Shown piece after piece: positions 37,661 through 47,276 of a DNA stretch of 64,000 bases. This DNA comes from Gammaproteobacteria bacterium. Its GTDB lineage: Bacteria > Pseudomonadota > Gammaproteobacteria > Steroidobacterales > JBFFHS01. Each line of letters starts with the position of its first letter. Position 1 is the stretch's first letter. The translations under genes were made by a program, and so were the position numbers. The notes under the pieces were generated by a model. The model saw only the letters and a program-made list of their open reading frames with translations, was not told the origin of the DNA and ran no database searches. The stretch covers positions 1,891-65,890 of the forward strand of contig JBFFHS010000009.1 of NCBI GenBank assembly GCA_041556855.1. Direction: 5' to 3'.

Positions 37661-38155
37661 GTGAAGCAACTAGTCCAACTGAAAGTGAATGGCAACACCC
37701 ACGATGTGATGGTATCCCCCAACGAAACGTTGGCGGATGCTCTGCGCCGTGGTTTGGGGCTGACCGGTACCAAGATCAGCTGCAATCAGGGCGACTGCGG
37801 CGCCTGCACGGTGCTGATTGACGGCAAGTCCCGGCTGTCGTGCATTACGCTTGCCATGTCCAGTCAGGGCAAGGAGATTCGCACCATCGAAGGCCTGGAG
37901 ACCAACGGTGAGTTGGACCCCATTCAGCGTGCCATCCTGGAGAAGCAGGGTGTGCAATGCGGCTTCTGCACCCCGGGTATCATCATGTCGGCGCGGGGCC
38001 TGCTGGATGAGAACCCTCACCCCACACGGGAGGAGATCAAGCGCGGGCTGTCGGGCAACTTGTGCCGCTGCACGGGGTACACCAAGATCATCGAAGCGGT
38101 AGAAGCAGTGCGCGACGCTGAGTACGAAAAACCACGCCTGGTCCAGGTTCAGTAA
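37661..38155 (+). CDS. xanthine dehydrogenase-family [2Fe-2S] (small, CoxS-like) subunit
   Basis: [18 protein letters not shown], and CRCTGY cluster motifs. GTG start preceded by GGGAG. Confidence 0.9.
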   Translation: MKQLVQLKVNGNTHDVMVSPNETLADALRRGLGLTGTKISCNQGDCGACTVLIDGKSRLSCITLAMSSQGKEIRTIEGLETNGELDPIQRAILEKQGVQCGFCTPGIIMSARGLLDENPHPTREEIKRGLSGNLCRCTGYTKIIEAVEAVRDAEYEKPRLVQVQ

Positions 38156-38175
38156 CGAATTTCGGGAGAACTGCT

Positions 38176-40665
38176 GTGAGAAACGAACGCGACGTCCAAG
38201 AGCAAGTCCTGGCCGATACCGCTGAGCTACAAGAGACGCGAGCGGAAGTGCAGCCGGTTGTGCAGCTGCGAGAGCTGGAGCCGGTGGTTCCCGATACCGT
38301 CGTTGAAGAACAGGTGGAAGACGAGTTTGCTATCGTCGGTAAAAGCATTCCGCGCGTGGAAGGTTTCGACAAAGTAACCGGGCGCGCGATGTATACGGAC
38401 GACATCGATCTGCACGGTCTGGTGTATGCCCAGGTGCTGAACAGCACGATCGCCCACGGTTATATCAGGAAGATCGACACCAGCAAGGCGGAAAAGCTGC
38501 CGGGTGTGCTGGCGGTCATGACGGGTCAGGACTGCCCGACTCTCTATTCCGTAAATGAATTGACCCCAACGGAAAGCGCGCTGGCGATCGACAAGGTACG
38601 CTACTTCGGCGAAGGCGTCGCTGCAGTGGTTGCCCTGGACGAGCGCACGGCGGCGCACGCGTGTCGGTTGATTGAGGTGGAGTATGAGGAGCTGCCGCCG
38701 CTGGTGAATGCCTGGGAGGCGGCCAAGTCCAATGTCATGATCCACGAGGGCGCCGATAGCAACATCAATCATCACGCCGAACAGGCGTTTGGTGATGTGG
38801 ATGACGTGATTGCGCGAGCAGACGTGGTCGTCGAAGAGACCTTTTACACCTCCGGCACGAACTGTGCGTTCCTGGAGCCCCAGTCCGTCATCGCCGACTA
38901 CGACCCCGGCGCCGAAAAGCTCACCGTCTACAACTGCAACCAGCTTCCCCACATGCTGCAGCGAACGGTCGCCAAAGTGATGGATATGCCGGTGGAAGAT
39001 ATCCGCGTGATCGTGCCCCATATCGGCGGTGCCTTCGGCGGTAAATCAGAAGCCACCCCCTCGGTGCTTTCGGCCAGCTACTTAAGCCGCAAGCTGGGCC
39101 GGCCCGTCAAGCTCACTTATGGTCGCGATGAGGTCTTTTTCCAGAATAAGAGCCGCCATCCCTGCCATTTGAAGATGCGCCTGGGCTTCAAAAAGGATGG
39201 CACCCTGGAAGCGCTGGATTTGAGCACCCTGTTGGACGGCGGCGGCCACAGCGGCTGGGGTTTTGTCGTGCTGTGGTTCATCGGCGCCCTGACCCAGCTG
39301 CCCTACAAGGTCCCGAATATTCGCTATAACGGTCGGCGGGTCTATACCAACAAGCCCACGCCCGGCGCCCAGCGCAGCTTCGGCGGTGTTCAGGCCAGGA
39401 CAGCGGTGGAGAGCTGTTTCGACATGGCCGCCGAGAAGCTCGGTATGAATCCCTACCAGCTGCGGATGATCAATGCGGTGGAAACGGGCTACAAGGCTCC
39501 GTCGGTCGTCGAATGCCGGCATTCGGAGTTCAAGAAAGCCTTGACCTCCGTCGCCAAGCGCTCAGGCTTCGTCGAGAAACACGGCAAGCTGCCCCACGGC
39601 CGCGGCATCGGCATGGCTGCCGGGCACTACAGCTCCGGTGGCGCGTTCCTGCTCTACAACAGCTCCCGCGCCCATTCCACGGCCAATATTCGCGTCGATA
39701 CGGAAGCAGGCGTCACGGTGTTCTGCGGTGTCACGGATCTGGGCCAGGGCTCCACCACGGTGATGACCCAGGTGGCTGCCGAGGTGCTTGGCGTGCCGGT
39801 CCGCAAGGTTAACTTCATCTGCCAGGATACCCTGTTGTCCCCCATGGACAACGGCACTATGGACAGCAGAGCAACCTATGGTGCCGGCCACGCGGTGAAA
39901 AACGCTGCCCTGGACGCCAAGCGCAAGCTCCTGGAAGTGGCTGGCGTACAGCTTGGCGTGCGGGCCGAGCAGCTCGAGTGTCGCGACGAGACCATCTACT
40001 CCATCTATGACAGCAAGAAGACCATGAGTTTCTGGGACGCGGTCTGGAAGTACCAGGATATCGTCGGCACCGTGTTCGGTACCGGCGACTACACCCCGCC
40101 GCAGCCCAAGGGTGATTACCCGGGCAAGATTATCGGGCCATCGCCAGCGTTCGGTTTCACCGCCCAGGTGGCGGAGGTGGACGTGGATCTGCGCACCGGC
40201 CAGGTGAAGGTCCTGAAGTACTACGAGGCGACCGACTGCGGTAAGGCCATTAATCCGGCCAGCGTAGAAGGCCAGGTGGAGGGCGGTATCTCCATGGGTC
40301 TGGGGCAGGCCCTGATTGAGGAGATCGTCGTGGACCGGAAGGGTCGGATCATGAACGCCAATTTCCACGACTATAAGATCCCCACCACCATGGACATGCC
40401 TGACATGGATACGGAGATCGTGGACAGCTACGACCACACGTCCGCCTACGGCGGCAAGGAAGTGGGCGAGGCGCCCACCGGGCCGGTCTGCGCGGCTATC
40501 TTGAACGCGGTCTACGATGCCATCGGCATCCGCTTTAAGGAGCTGCCGCTGACGCCGGAGAAGGTGTTTAGAGCCATGCGCGGCGAAGACCCGCGGGGTC
40601 CGGAGCTGGAGCCAAATGTGATCGGCTTTGCCAATGCGAACTACAAGGAATTTCTGGAGATTTGA
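38176..40665 (+). CDS. xanthine dehydrogenase-family molybdopterin-binding (large) subunit
   Basis: IVGKSIPRVEGFDKVTG, GGAFGGKSE, and a C-terminal GGKEVGEAPTGPV (catalytic Glu region). GTG start. About 55-aa acidic N-terminal extension of uncertain reality. Confidence 0.85.
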   Translation: MRNERDVQEQVLADTAELQETRAEVQPVVQLRELEPVVPDTVVEEQVEDEFAIVGKSIPRVEGFDKVTGRAMYTDDIDLHGLVYAQVLNSTIAHGYIRKIDTSKAEKLPGVLAVMTGQDCPTLYSVNELTPTESALAIDKVRYFGEGVAAVVALDERTAAHACRLIEVEYEELPPLVNAWEAAKSNVMIHEGADSNINHHAEQAFGDVDDVIARADVVVEETFYTSGTNCAFLEPQSVIADYDPGAEKLTVYNCNQLPHMLQRTVAKVMDMPVEDIRVIVPHIGGAFGGKSEATPSVLSASYLSRKLGRPVKLTYGRDEVFFQNKSRHPCHLKMRLGFKKDGTLEALDLSTLLDGGGHSGWGFVVLWFIGALTQLPYKVPNIRYNGRRVYTNKPTPGAQRSFGGVQARTAVESCFDMAAEKLGMNPYQLRMINAVETGYKAPSVVECRHSEFKKALTSVAKRSGFVEKHGKLPHGRGIGMAAGHYSSGGAFLLYNSSRAHSTANIRVDTEAGVTVFCGVTDLGQGSTTVMTQVAAEVLGVPVRKVNFICQDTLLSPMDNGTMDSRATYGAGHAVKNAALDAKRKLLEVAGVQLGVRAEQLECRDETIYSIYDSKKTMSFWDAVWKYQDIVGTVFGTGDYTPPQPKGDYPGKIIGPSPAFGFTAQVAEVDVDLRTGQVKVLKYYEATDCGKAINPASVEGQVEGGISMGLGQALIEEIVVDRKGRIMNANFHDYKIPTTMDMPDMDTEIVDSYDHTSAYGGKEVGEAPTGPVCAAILNAVYDAIGIRFKELPLTPEKVFRAMRGEDPRGPELEPNVIGFANANYKEFLEI

Positions 40666-40707
40666 TCGATTCTTCGGACGTGAGCGCCGGGCGCAGGCAG
40701 ATACAGG

Positions 40708-42837
40708 TTGATGGGGGGGTTTAGCCGCGAGCATTTCGAGCGGCTGATCAACCCCCGGTCTATCGTGATCGTTGGCGCGTCCAACAGGACGGGCCCGGGT
40801 TCCTATAACCTGATGGAAAATCTCATCAGGGAGGGGATCGAAAAGGTCATCTATCCGGTCAATCTCAGCGCCGACCAGGTGCTGGGCCACCAGGCCTATA
40901 AGCGGGTGTGGGATATCCCCGAGCCGGCAGACCTGGCCATCATCATGGTGCCGCGCACGGCGGTTCCCGAGGCCGTTGCCGACTGTGTCGAGAAGGGCAT
41001 CAAGACGGTGCTGGTGATCTCCCAGGGTTTTGCCGACGCGGATCAGGTCGGGAGCGAACTCCAGAACCAGTTGGTCGAGCTTACCCGCGGCACGGACACG
41101 CGCATCGTCGGCCCGAACACCATCGGGATTGCCAACTCCTTCGACTACTTCCACACGTCGTTTCAGCGCTTTGACCTGGAGCCAAAGCGCAATGCTCTGG
41201 TGTGTCAGTCGGGCATGTTCGTATTGGCGTCCGGCCACTTCACCACCGGCTTAGGCCTGGGCATCGACATTGGCAACGCCGCCGAAGTGGACTTCACGGA
41301 CTTGTTGCCTCACCTTGCAGCTGATGACCGAATTGACGTGATTAACCTGCATATGGAGGGCCTGGCCGACGGCGCTGAGTTCGTCAGGCTCGCTGCCCAA
41401 ATCACGCCCAACAAGCCCATCGTGGCGTACAAGGTCGGTCAGAGTGAGGAAGGGGCCAGGGCGGCCGCTTCTCATTCCGGCGCCTTATCCAGTGAAGACC
41501 ACGTGGTCAGCGCCGCCTTCGATAAAGGCGGCGTGCTCCGGGTGCGCGATCTGGACGAGATGACTGAGCTCAACAAGGCGTTGTTGACCTATCCCAAGAT
41601 CAACGGTAAGCGTTTTGCAGTGGTGACCATTTCTGGCGGCGGGGGCATTACGGTGGTGGATGCATTGAGCCAGCACGGTCTGGAGATTGCCACCCCTTCC
41701 GAAGCCGTGATGGCTGAAATTCAGACTCGGAATCCGCCCTGGATGCCCGTCGGCAATCCGGTGGACACCTGGATGGCGGTTCTCAAGCAGGGATTGGCCG
41801 GCGCGAATCTGGATATCCTCAATCTGCTGCTGCAGGACGCCAACGTGGATGGCGCCGTCGTGCTCCTCAATGCCTATCGCTCTACCGGCTACGAGTCGCT
41901 TCGAGAACTCGTGGACGGCATCGTAGCGACCCAGCAGCGTTTTCCTGACAAGCCGATTGCCCTGTGGGCCTTCGGTATGAACCGCCATGAAGTCATCGAG
42001 GAGGCGGAAAAGAGCGGCGTGGTGGCGGGCTTTGGCAGCCCGGAAAGCGCCGCACGAGCCCTGGCGGGCCTTTATCGTTATCACCACGAGATCAAAGGCC
42101 GGACGCTTGCGGCTGCGCCCGAGTTGGACGATGTTGATGCCGACCGGGCAGCCGCTATCCTGCAACGCGCGGCAGCAGATGAGGTGGAGGTGCTGGGTAC
42201 CGAGACGCTGGAGATTCTCGAAAGCTACGGGATCAATACGGCCAGGGCCGCCCTGGCTGCCGATGAGCGGGAACTGCTCGAGATCGGTGCCGCCCTGGGT
42301 TACCCGTTAGTGATGAAAATCGCCAGTGAACAGATCGTTCATAAGTCCGACGTGGGTGGAGTCAGACTGAACATTGCCGACCCTGAGGAACTGGTGGAGA
42401 GCTTCAGGGAGATGTGTGGGGGCATTCAAGCCCGGTTCAAGGATGCAGTGATCGATGGTGTTCATCTGCAACGGCAGCACAGCGAGGGCGTGGAGACTAT
42501 TATCGGCGCCTCCCGACACGCAGGGTTTGGTCCGATCATCGTATTTGGCTTGGGCGGCATTTTCACGGAGATCCTCAAAGACGTGTCCTTTGCCATGGCG
42601 CCGGTATCACGCTCGGAAGCGGAAACCATGATCAGCAGACTTCGGGCACGGGCTGTTCTGGCTGGCGCGCGCGGCGGGGACGCAGTTGATACCGATGCCA
42701 TTGTCGATGCCATCGTCAGAGTGTCGACATTACTCATGGATTTTCCGCAGATTACCGAGCTTGATATCAACCCATTTACCGTACAGGGGTCGACGGGGAT
42801 CGCGCTCGACGCTCGCGCCATATTGGAACGCCCTTGA
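40708..42837 (+). CDS. ADP-forming (NDP-forming) acyl-CoA synthetase, fused alpha+beta domains (high-GC copy)
   Basis: SIVIVGASNRTGPGS, GPNTIGI, AASHSGALSSE, and ATP-grasp GYPLVMKIASEQIVHKSDVGGV. TTG at 40708 or ATG at 40711. No GNAT tail. Confidence 0.8.
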   Translation: MMGGFSREHFERLINPRSIVIVGASNRTGPGSYNLMENLIREGIEKVIYPVNLSADQVLGHQAYKRVWDIPEPADLAIIMVPRTAVPEAVADCVEKGIKTVLVISQGFADADQVGSELQNQLVELTRGTDTRIVGPNTIGIANSFDYFHTSFQRFDLEPKRNALVCQSGMFVLASGHFTTGLGLGIDIGNAAEVDFTDLLPHLAADDRIDVINLHMEGLADGAEFVRLAAQITPNKPIVAYKVGQSEEGARAAASHSGALSSEDHVVSAAFDKGGVLRVRDLDEMTELNKALLTYPKINGKRFAVVTISGGGGITVVDALSQHGLEIATPSEAVMAEIQTRNPPWMPVGNPVDTWMAVLKQGLAGANLDILNLLLQDANVDGAVVLLNAYRSTGYESLRELVDGIVATQQRFPDKPIALWAFGMNRHEVIEEAEKSGVVAGFGSPESAARALAGLYRYHHEIKGRTLAAAPELDDVDADRAAAILQRAAADEVEVLGTETLEILESYGINTARAALAADERELLEIGAALGYPLVMKIASEQIVHKSDVGGVRLNIADPEELVESFREMCGGIQARFKDAVIDGVHLQRQHSEGVETIIGASRHAGFGPIIVFGLGGIFTEILKDVSFAMAPVSRSEAETMISRLRARAVLAGARGGDAVDTDAIVDAIVRVSTLLMDFPQITELDINPFTVQGSTGIALDARAILERP

Positions 42838-42857
42838 GGCAGCAGGCTGGCGCTTGG

Positions 42858-44159
42858 ATGGAAAAAAAGTTTGATGTTGTCGTGATAGGTGGTGGGGCCG
42901 GCGGCATGTGCGCGGCGGCCTTGCTGGCTCACGCGGGGCTCAAGGTGTTGCTGACGGAGAAGCGGCGCTATCTGGGTGGTCGCTTCTCCACCGTCGATCA
43001 CGATGGTTTTCAGTGTGCTGCCGGCGGAATTGCCGTCCAGGTCAATGGGCAGCTGGAAAGCGTGTGCCAGGAAATCGGTGTCGAGTCGGGCGTCAACCCG
43101 GTCACCAGCGCGGCGTACTGGATTGCTGGCGAATATCACGAAATACCTCTGGAGGGCGGGAGCCTGCGAGCCACCATCAAGGCTCTGGCCGATTCCGAGG
43201 ACGAAGCCGCGCGGGTGTCCGCCGCCGTATCAGACGCGTTCCGCTGGCTGCCGCCCTCGGACGCAATCACCTTTCGGGAATGGCTGGACCAGTACACCAG
43301 TAACGAGCGCATCCACGGTATTTTCCAAGCCACCATCGCCTCCCTGTTGACGGTGAACGCAGACGAGTTGCCCGCCGCGGAGTACTTCAATCTGATCAAG
43401 GCCATCGCGCCATTGCGCTTCGGTTATGTGGAGGGCGGCAGCCTTCGATTGTGGGAACGAATGGCGGATTTCATCAAACAGCGGGGTGGGGAGGTCTGGA
43501 CCCGTTGCGCGGTCGCGAAGATCGCCGTCGAGCAGGGGCGCGTCAGCGGGGTGATTTGCCGCAAGGGCGGGACGGACGTCAGGATCAACGCCCCCGTGAT
43601 CGTCAGCGACACCGGCCCGGAGCGCACCGTGGAACTGGCCGGGTCGAAGCACTTCGAACGCAGTCACCTGGCTCGCTTGCAGACCGACCTCACGCCCACG
43701 ACCATTTTCTGGCTGCACTTCGCCAGCGAAGCGCTGCTGGTGGACTATTCTGCGATCGCCGTGTGCGGCGCACGGCGCGTCAACATGCTCGATGTGCCGT
43801 CCATGGAGTGCCCCGGTGTTGCGCCGCCGGGCCAGCACTTGTATACGGCCGGGGCCGCGCCGCTGCGCCAGGGTGAGCCTTTGGATGTGGCCGCTGAGAT
43901 GGACCTGATCCTGGCGGACCTGCGCGACATCATCCCGGAGTTTGACAGCCGCTGCCGCGTGCTCAGTAAGAGCTGTTTTCGCGGCAAATGGCCCGGTTAC
44001 CGGACCAAGCCCGGCTCGCCCTACCCGGTGCGCACGCCGATCAGAGGTCTGTATAACGTTGGGGATGCCTGCGGGCCGCGGGGTTACGCAGGCTCGATCG
44101 GCGCGGCCTACTCCGCGAAGCTGGCGCGGGATGACATCTTGGCGTCGGCGTCTCAGTAG
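42858..44159 (+). CDS. NAD(P)/FAD-dependent oxidoreductase (phytoene desaturase/amine oxidase-like fold)
   Basis: MEKKFDVVVIGGGAGGMCAAALLAHAGLKVLLTEKR dinucleotide motif. C-terminal GLYNVGDA. Confidence 0.75.
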   Translation: MEKKFDVVVIGGGAGGMCAAALLAHAGLKVLLTEKRRYLGGRFSTVDHDGFQCAAGGIAVQVNGQLESVCQEIGVESGVNPVTSAAYWIAGEYHEIPLEGGSLRATIKALADSEDEAARVSAAVSDAFRWLPPSDAITFREWLDQYTSNERIHGIFQATIASLLTVNADELPAAEYFNLIKAIAPLRFGYVEGGSLRLWERMADFIKQRGGEVWTRCAVAKIAVEQGRVSGVICRKGGTDVRINAPVIVSDTGPERTVELAGSKHFERSHLARLQTDLTPTTIFWLHFASEALLVDYSAIAVCGARRVNMLDVPSMECPGVAPPGQHLYTAGAAPLRQGEPLDVAAEMDLILADLRDIIPEFDSRCRVLSKSCFRGKWPGYRTKPGSPYPVRTPIRGLYNVGDACGPRGYAGSIGAAYSAKLARDDILASASQ

Positions 44160-44279
44160 AGGCTGAGTCCCACACCCCGCGCCCCAACCGGGCAGTGGTC
44201 ACGGCTGCTGTGAGCATTGAGCCGCAGAGGTCCGCAGTTCGATGATCTTGGGATGGGCAGGCTTTATGTGGAGGGGATC

Positions 44280-46220
44280 ATGAGCCCACAGAGCAGATCT
44301 TGGTTTCGTACGTTCGCCAGTGTCGCTTTGCTGGTGGGGACCCTGCCTACCTATGCCGACGTGTTGCCGGGCATGGGTCAGCTGTCCGGCGCCGTTTCCG
44401 GGGGCAGGGCCGGCCTGCTGGCGACGGTCTATGCGCTCAATCTGGAAAAAAACGTGGGCTACATGGTCTATGTCGTGGATGGCAGCTATCGCGCCGTGAA
44501 TCTTTTTCCGGGGCGCTACCAGGTGACCATCAGGCCGGCGGTGGGCCAGGTTTTCAGGGATGGTTTTGCTCCCCAGACCGTGGAGCTGGACGTGGAAGCC
44601 GATGCGCGGGCCACGCTGGATTTTGTGCTCAAGGACGCTCAGTTCGAGCCGGACTACGTGGGCGGCATGTTCTACCGGGGCGGCTGGAGCCCCACGCCCG
44701 GTACCGCACCGTCGCCGGAAGCCAGAGTATTGCCCTACGACGAAATTTATCCGCCGGGTCCCGGCCGGGACGTTATGGAGCGGACCTGCCACGGCTGCCA
44801 TACGCCCAATATGTTTTCCTACAACGTGGCACGCCGCTATCCTACCGGCCGGCCGCTGCACGACAAAGCGACCTGGGCCATCACCGTGGACCGCATGCAC
44901 AAGGGGGTCGCCTTCGGCGTTGCCGGTCGGCCGTCCTACTTTGACGAGCAGCTGCTGTCCGCCAAGGAACGGGATCTTCTGGTCGATTATCTGGCAGATA
45001 ACTTCGGACGCGATTCGGAGCCGCGGGTCATTCAGCTGGAGAGCGAGCCGGAACTGGACGAAGCAGCGTTGGCCCGCGCCCAGTTCATCGAGTACCGATT
45101 GGGCAACTCAGCCGGCAATCCCATGCGCTTCACCCAGCAGATTGACTTCGATGGTAAGGGCAACGTGTGGGTGGCCGATCGCGGGCCCCCGGGCAGTATC
45201 GTGCGCATCGATCCCCGCACCGCCGAGTGGAAGGATCACATGGGCTACGGCGGTGGGCACGGCATCGCCGTGGACACCACCGACGGCACGGTGTGGTTCT
45301 CCAGCATGTTCAGGCTTGATCCTGAGACGGGTCTCGCCGACACCTATGACGTGAAGGGTGGTCCCCCGCTGCGCGCCAACACCCATATCTTTGATTCCAA
45401 CGGCGATTTGTGGATGTCGGCGTTGGCTGCCGGCGTACTGTCCAAATGGGATCGCAAAACCGATTCGATCATTTACTGGGATGTCCCCATATCCCGCAGT
45501 CGGCCCTACGGCATCATCGTGGATCACAATGATGACGTGTGGTTCGCCGAGTACCACAACAGCGGCATTGCCCGCTTCGATCCGGAAACCGAGACCTTCA
45601 CTCACTTTCAGCTCAGCAACTTTTTGCCCACCAACATGCGGCGCCCGGCGGTGGATTCCCGCAATCACATCTGGCTTGCGACCTGGGGCAGCCGCGGTAT
45701 GCAGGAGGGGGCTATCTACCACCTGGATCCGGAAACGGGGGAAGTGTCCGAGCATAAGCTGGATATCCCCTTCACCAACCCGTACACCGCTGAGGCCGAC
45801 GAGTTCGACAACATCTGGATAGGTACTGACAATTACCTGGTCAAGTACGACCCCAAGGCCGATGCGTTTACGCGCTACCCTGTGACTGTGCGCACTGATA
45901 TTCCAAAAATCACCATTGCCCGTGACAGCGCGATCTGGTGGACGCCGCGCAATGCAGGCATTTCCGGCGGCTATGGTGGCTCTGCTTCGGTGCTTTATCC
46001 GGACAAGGATCAAATCAGGACGCTGGCCGCTTACTTCCCCGACGGCAGTGCCCACAATCGCTTGAAACACTACAAGGGTCCGCCGGGGCCCAAGGTCACA
46101 GGGGTAGAGAAGATCTCGCCCTGCGGGGCCCAGAATGCCGGTGAGTACGCACGCGTAATGGGATTGGCTCAGGATCTGGCCGGCTGCAAGGACAGCAGGG
46201 GGTCGGAGGCCTACGAGTAG
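44280..46220 (+). CDS. exported CarboxypepD_reg-like + mono-heme c + Vgb-like propeller protein (paralog C)
   Basis: GGAGGGG RBS and signal peptide ending TYA-DV. FPGRYQVTIRP, YDEIYPPGPGRDVMERTCHGCHT, and propeller repeats (IVRIDPRTAEWKDH, IARFDPETETFTHFQL). About 55-aa C-terminal extension after VLYPDKD. Confidence 0.8.
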   Translation: MSPQSRSWFRTFASVALLVGTLPTYADVLPGMGQLSGAVSGGRAGLLATVYALNLEKNVGYMVYVVDGSYRAVNLFPGRYQVTIRPAVGQVFRDGFAPQTVELDVEADARATLDFVLKDAQFEPDYVGGMFYRGGWSPTPGTAPSPEARVLPYDEIYPPGPGRDVMERTCHGCHTPNMFSYNVARRYPTGRPLHDKATWAITVDRMHKGVAFGVAGRPSYFDEQLLSAKERDLLVDYLADNFGRDSEPRVIQLESEPELDEAALARAQFIEYRLGNSAGNPMRFTQQIDFDGKGNVWVADRGPPGSIVRIDPRTAEWKDHMGYGGGHGIAVDTTDGTVWFSSMFRLDPETGLADTYDVKGGPPLRANTHIFDSNGDLWMSALAAGVLSKWDRKTDSIIYWDVPISRSRPYGIIVDHNDDVWFAEYHNSGIARFDPETETFTHFQLSNFLPTNMRRPAVDSRNHIWLATWGSRGMQEGAIYHLDPETGEVSEHKLDIPFTNPYTAEADEFDNIWIGTDNYLVKYDPKADAFTRYPVTVRTDIPKITIARDSAIWWTPRNAGISGGYGGSASVLYPDKDQIRTLAAYFPDGSAHNRLKHYKGPPGPKVTGVEKISPCGAQNAGEYARVMGLAQDLAGCKDSRGSEAYE

Positions 46221-46224
46221 CGTT

Positions 46225-47247
46225 GTGAGGAGATGCTCGCGCTGGTCCGCCGGGCGGGTTGCAGGGCTGGTGATGTTGGCTGCCGTGGCCGGTATGGCCC
46301 ACGGGGGGGCGCGGCTGGATCAGATTCGCGAGCGTGGCTATCTGGTCTGCGGGATCACGACGGAAGTGGCCGGGTTCGCTACGGTCGACGGGCAGGGCCG
46401 GTATTCGGGATTCGAGGTGGATATCTGTCGCGCAGTGGCGGCGGCCCTGTTCGGCACCCCGGAGCGAGTCAACTTTCTGGTGGCCGGGTCGGTAGGCCAG
46501 TTCAAGCGTCAAGAGGATATCGATGTCGTTGCCCGGCGCTTGACCTGGACGCTGACCCGCGAAGCCGATCATGGGCTGCTGTTCGGGCCAATCATTTTCT
46601 TTGACGGCGCCGCCTTTATGGTGCGGGCCGGCGCGGATTTTCAAGAGCCGCAACAGCTCACCGGCCGACCGATCTGCTTGCGCGGGGATTCCGAGACCGA
46701 GCAGGCTCTGTGGACCTATGGGCAGAGCACAGCCTTTGAACTGACCTGGAGGCCCTTCGCGAGCAGCACGGAGGCGGCCCGGGCGTTTTATGCTGGGGCC
46801 TGCGACGCGCTGGCGGGTGATCTGTCCGAACTGGGTGCGGAGCGGGCGGCCCAGGATGCCGGGTGGCAGCGCTATCGCATCCTGCCCCATCTGATTTCCA
46901 AAGAGCCGCTGGCGATGCTGATGCGGCAGGGCGATGAGGATTTTTTCCTGATCGTCAGATGGACTTTCTTCGCCTTGCTCGAGGCCGAAGAATTCCATGT
47001 GACACAGAGCAACGTGGACTCGCTTGTCGAAAGCGGGGTGGGAAAGGTGCGCGCACTCCTGGGCGCTGATACCGGCAGGGCGCTCGGACTCGACGAACGC
47101 TGGGTTGCTGCTGTTATCCGGGGTGTCGGCAACTACGGCGAAATTTTCGCGCGGCACCTGGGAAGAAACAGTCCGATCAAGTTGGAGCGTGGGCTTAATC
47201 GGCTCTGGACGTCTGGGGGCTTAATGTATGCGCCACCGGTACGCTGA
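46225..47247 (+). CDS. periplasmic solute-binding protein, family 3 (amino-acid ABC type), orphan
   Basis: LDQIRERGYLVCGITTEVAGFATVDGQGRYSGFEVDICRAVAAALFG is typical of polar amino-acid binding proteins. GTG start 4 nt after the upstream stop. No permease or ATPase nearby. Confidence 0.7.
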   Translation: MRRCSRWSAGRVAGLVMLAAVAGMAHGGARLDQIRERGYLVCGITTEVAGFATVDGQGRYSGFEVDICRAVAAALFGTPERVNFLVAGSVGQFKRQEDIDVVARRLTWTLTREADHGLLFGPIIFFDGAAFMVRAGADFQEPQQLTGRPICLRGDSETEQALWTYGQSTAFELTWRPFASSTEAARAFYAGACDALAGDLSELGAERAAQDAGWQRYRILPHLISKEPLAMLMRQGDEDFFLIVRWTFFALLEAEEFHVTQSNVDSLVESGVGKVRALLGADTGRALGLDERWVAAVIRGVGNYGEIFARHLGRNSPIKLERGLNRLWTSGGLMYAPPVR

Positions 47248-47276
47248 CTGAGCATCCAGGGTAAGCTGTTGCCACC

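Noticed and set aside
39562-41238. 558-aa ORF on the minus strand overlapping the XDH large subunit and the ADP-forming ligase
   Set aside because: It lies antisense to two genes with strong family motifs. Its product is Arg/Gly/His/Ala-rich, low-complexity and motif-free, which is typical of a high-GC shadow ORF.
40708-42837. Pat/YfiQ-type protein lysine acetyltransferase
   Set aside because: Both ACD-like proteins end right after the ATP-grasp domain (709 and 714 aa) with no C-terminal GNAT domain, and both keep the conserved His segment. They are called synthetases instead.
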